A DNA stretch of 45,437 bases from Candidatus Kapaibacterium sp. (GTDB lineage Bacteria; Bacteroidota; Ignavibacteria; Kapaibacteriales; UBA2268). The position numbers and the translations under genes are program-made. The stretch is from positions 2,012-47,448 of the forward strand of contig JAPLFM010000187.1 of NCBI GenBank assembly GCA_026390675.1. Reading direction: 5' to 3'. The notes beneath the pieces were generated by a model that had not been told where the DNA came from, searched no databases, and worked only from the letters and a program-made list of their open reading frames with translations. Of this stretch, positions 43,644 through 45,437 are shown in pieces (the stretch's first letter is position 1; the number at the start of each line of letters is the position of its first letter).

Positions 43644-45437
43644 ATGAAAAAATCAACTTTATTAATTGCATTACTATTATTGAATTTTAGTTTAATATTT
43701 TCCCAAGCAAATAGTGACAATTTGCTTTGGGAAAATGATATTAAAAGTATTGATTTTAGTGGTACTTTGGCTATTGGAAATAATGTATTTGCTTATGGTA
43801 CTAAAGGGATGTACTTTTATTCAAGTGATAAAGGAGTGGGCTGGGAGCAGAAAAAAGTTGAGAATGCTTCCAGTATTATAAAACTCCTAAATATTGATAA
43901 CAAAATAATTGGATTTACAGCAAGCGGTCAGCTTCTGCAAAGTGAAGACTTTGGTAAAACTTGGCAAATAAGTAAGTTAGAAAATGTTGAACTAATTTGT
44001 TTTGTTGATACTTACTTAAGTAATATATATATAAGAACAAATAAATCAATTAATTTATATAATAATAAATTAGAATTAATTTCTTCATATAAAAATGATG
44101 CTTTAAATGATTTTTCAATTTATGAAATTGAATCAGATGTTTCATCAATTTCTTCTTGGCATAATATTATTTTTCATAAAAATGAATTATATTTTTATAT
44201 TGCTAATAATCCAAAGCTTTATAAAATAAATATAAATAAATTTCTAAATAATGAAATTAAGATTGATACTATTACTCCTTGTGATACTTGTCAAACAGGT
44301 AATATTGGTGATTTAAGCAAATATAACAACACAATTACTTTTTATTTAAGTAGATTTAATGACAAGTATGAAAGTCGAGATTACAAGTACAATTTAGATT
44401 CTAATAGTATTTCTGAAAATTCATACGATGAAAAGAGAAAATATAGTGGAAAATATTTTAATTTAAATGGAATAAATTATAGATTTTATGATTTTGCACC
44501 ATATTGGATATCTAACTACCCAACTAATTATTTTAAATTAGGTGTGGATATTTTAAACACTTCTGATAGTTTGACAAATAAAGGTAATTCAGATTTTATT
44601 GGAGTAAATCGTTCTCCAGTAATTAGTGATGTATGTCAAGTATCAGATAGTACTTTTATAGCTGTTTCTGGATATAAGTTTTTAATAATTTCAAATGATA
44701 AATGCAAGACTTGGAAAGTAATTAGCTCAAGAGGAGATTTGGCTCAAACTAAACCTGATTTGATAAGTAAAAATTATAGATATTTTGCTAATAATTTAAC
44801 AAATATATCTTCTTCAATTGATAATGGATTGACTTATAAATTTATTGAAAGAGATTTGAATGAATCAGAATTAGTTAAGTTTTATAAAAATTCACAGACA
44901 AAAATTACAGCCAAATATTTAGATACAAATGGGACTTTTATTTATTTAATGACAAGTAATTTGAGCAATTACAATAATATTGCAGTTAGCAAAGACTATG
45001 GCAAAACAGCCACTTATTTTAAAAATAATTCAGTTGCATATTCAACTTCTGATGTAATCAATTTTAGCAAAATAGATAATAAACTTATTTACTTGTTTAA
45101 TTATCAAACAATCAATAAAAATTATTTCATATACTGTAATTTTGATTTGAATATGAATATTACAAGAAGAATAGTTGATTCTATTAATATTGCAAAATTT
45201 GTTTCATTTAAAAATTTGAATGAGGGATTTATGATTACTGCAATTCGTAATCCAACTCCAACAAAAATTGAAGCATTAACTTGGAATGCTAAGGATTCGA
45301 ATTGGATTAGATCTAAATCTTTAGATTTAGTTTATACAGATTTAAAAGTATTTTCTTATGGTAAAAATAAAGATAGTGCTATAGTTTGCGTTATTAATTT
45401 TAATGCTGGAATAAGTAACAATAAGATTTATATTTAT
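43644..45437 (+). CDS. L3: secreted BNR-repeat propeller-like protein, 3' end outside the window
   Basis: It is absent from the ORF track because no stop codon is reached. My translation from the ATG at 43644 (20 nt after the S3 stop) is open for 598 codons to the window end: MKKSTLLIALLLLNFSLIFSQANSDNLLWENDIKSIDFSG...YSSDKGVGWEQ...QSEDFGKTWQI...ISNDKCKTWKV...VSKDYGKTATYF. Confidence 0.8.
   Translation, partial: MKKSTLLIALLLLNFSLIFSQANSDNLLWENDIKSIDFSGTLAIGNNVFAYGTKGMYFYSSDKGVGWEQKKVENASSIIKLLNIDNKIIGFTASGQLLQSEDFGKTWQISKLENVELICFVDTYLSNIYIRTNKSINLYNNKLELISSYKNDALNDFSIYEIESDVSSISSWHNIIFHKNELYFYIANNPKLYKININKFLNNEIKIDTITPCDTCQTGNIGDLSKYNNTITFYLSRFNDKYESRDYKYNLDSNSISENSYDEKRKYSGKYFNLNGINYRFYDFAPYWISNYPTNYFKLGVDILNTSDSLTNKGNSDFIGVNRSPVISDVCQVSDSTFIAVSGYKFLIISNDKCKTWKVISSRGDLAQTKPDLISKNYRYFANNLTNISSSIDNGLTYKFIERDLNESELVKFYKNSQTKITAKYLDTNGTFIYLMTSNLSNYNNIAVSKDYGKTATYFKNNSVAYSTSDVINFSKIDNKLIYLFNYQTINKNYFIYCNFDLNMNITRRIVDSINIAKFVSFKNLNEGFMITAIRNPTPTKIEALTWNAKDSNWIRSKSLDLVYTDLKVFSYGKNKDSAIVCVINFNAGISNNKIYIY

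Noticed and set aside
36381-45437. Diversity-generating retroelement or shufflon as an explanation for the variable cores with conserved ends
   Set aside because: The window has no reverse transcriptase, no template/variable repeat pair with adenine-specific differences, no invertase or recombinase gene, and no inverted repeats flanking the variable regions.

Overview
This is a visibly AT-rich bacterial chromosomal window. It fits an FCB-group organism (Bacteroidota/Ignavibacteriota-like): several large secreted proteins end in T9SS-type C-terminal sorting domains, there is a CarboxypepD_reg-type TonB-dependent receptor, and TAnnTTTG-like promoter motifs occur. That placement is inference; no search was run.

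Content in order:
1. A 5'-truncated giant surface protein (nt 2-4297) with Kelch-like blades and a near-perfect 297/594-bp tandem coding repeat.
2. A hicB-hicA toxin-antitoxin pair embedded in mosaic intergenic repeats.
3. Housekeeping and accessory genes: fabH-like KAS III, an MmcQ/YjbR-like protein, a MerC-like protein, a polytopic membrane protein, a DUF1801-like protein and an orphan cheB.
4. A peptidase cluster: an M16 pair and a TolB-propeller/M28/PDZ fusion.
5. L0, a 906-aa BNR-repeat protein with a T9SS tail.
6. A tightly packed co-directional block: lipoprotein, lysC, REC plus degenerate HD-GYP regulator, lipoprotein, frameshifted TonB-dependent receptor, TPR-like protein and a glycosyltransferase-like protein.
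7. A minus-strand ~1974-aa LamG/dockerin-like/cohesin-like T9SS protein.
8. A dense cluster of REP-like palindromes.
9. The most interesting part (35.0-45.4 kb): an orphan LytTR response regulator followed by three tandem, diverged two-gene cassettes. Each cassette encodes a ~205-aa secreted protein with 14 colinear cysteines (S1-S3) and, 15-20 nt later, a ~790-aa BNR-repeat T9SS-tailed protein (L1-L3). Each is preceded by conserved non-coding hairpin elements, and two of the three by an exact 127-bp duplicate that carries a pair of 17-nt direct repeats.

I recognise no described system with this organisation. No rRNA, tRNA, CRISPR array, transposase or integrase could be supported.
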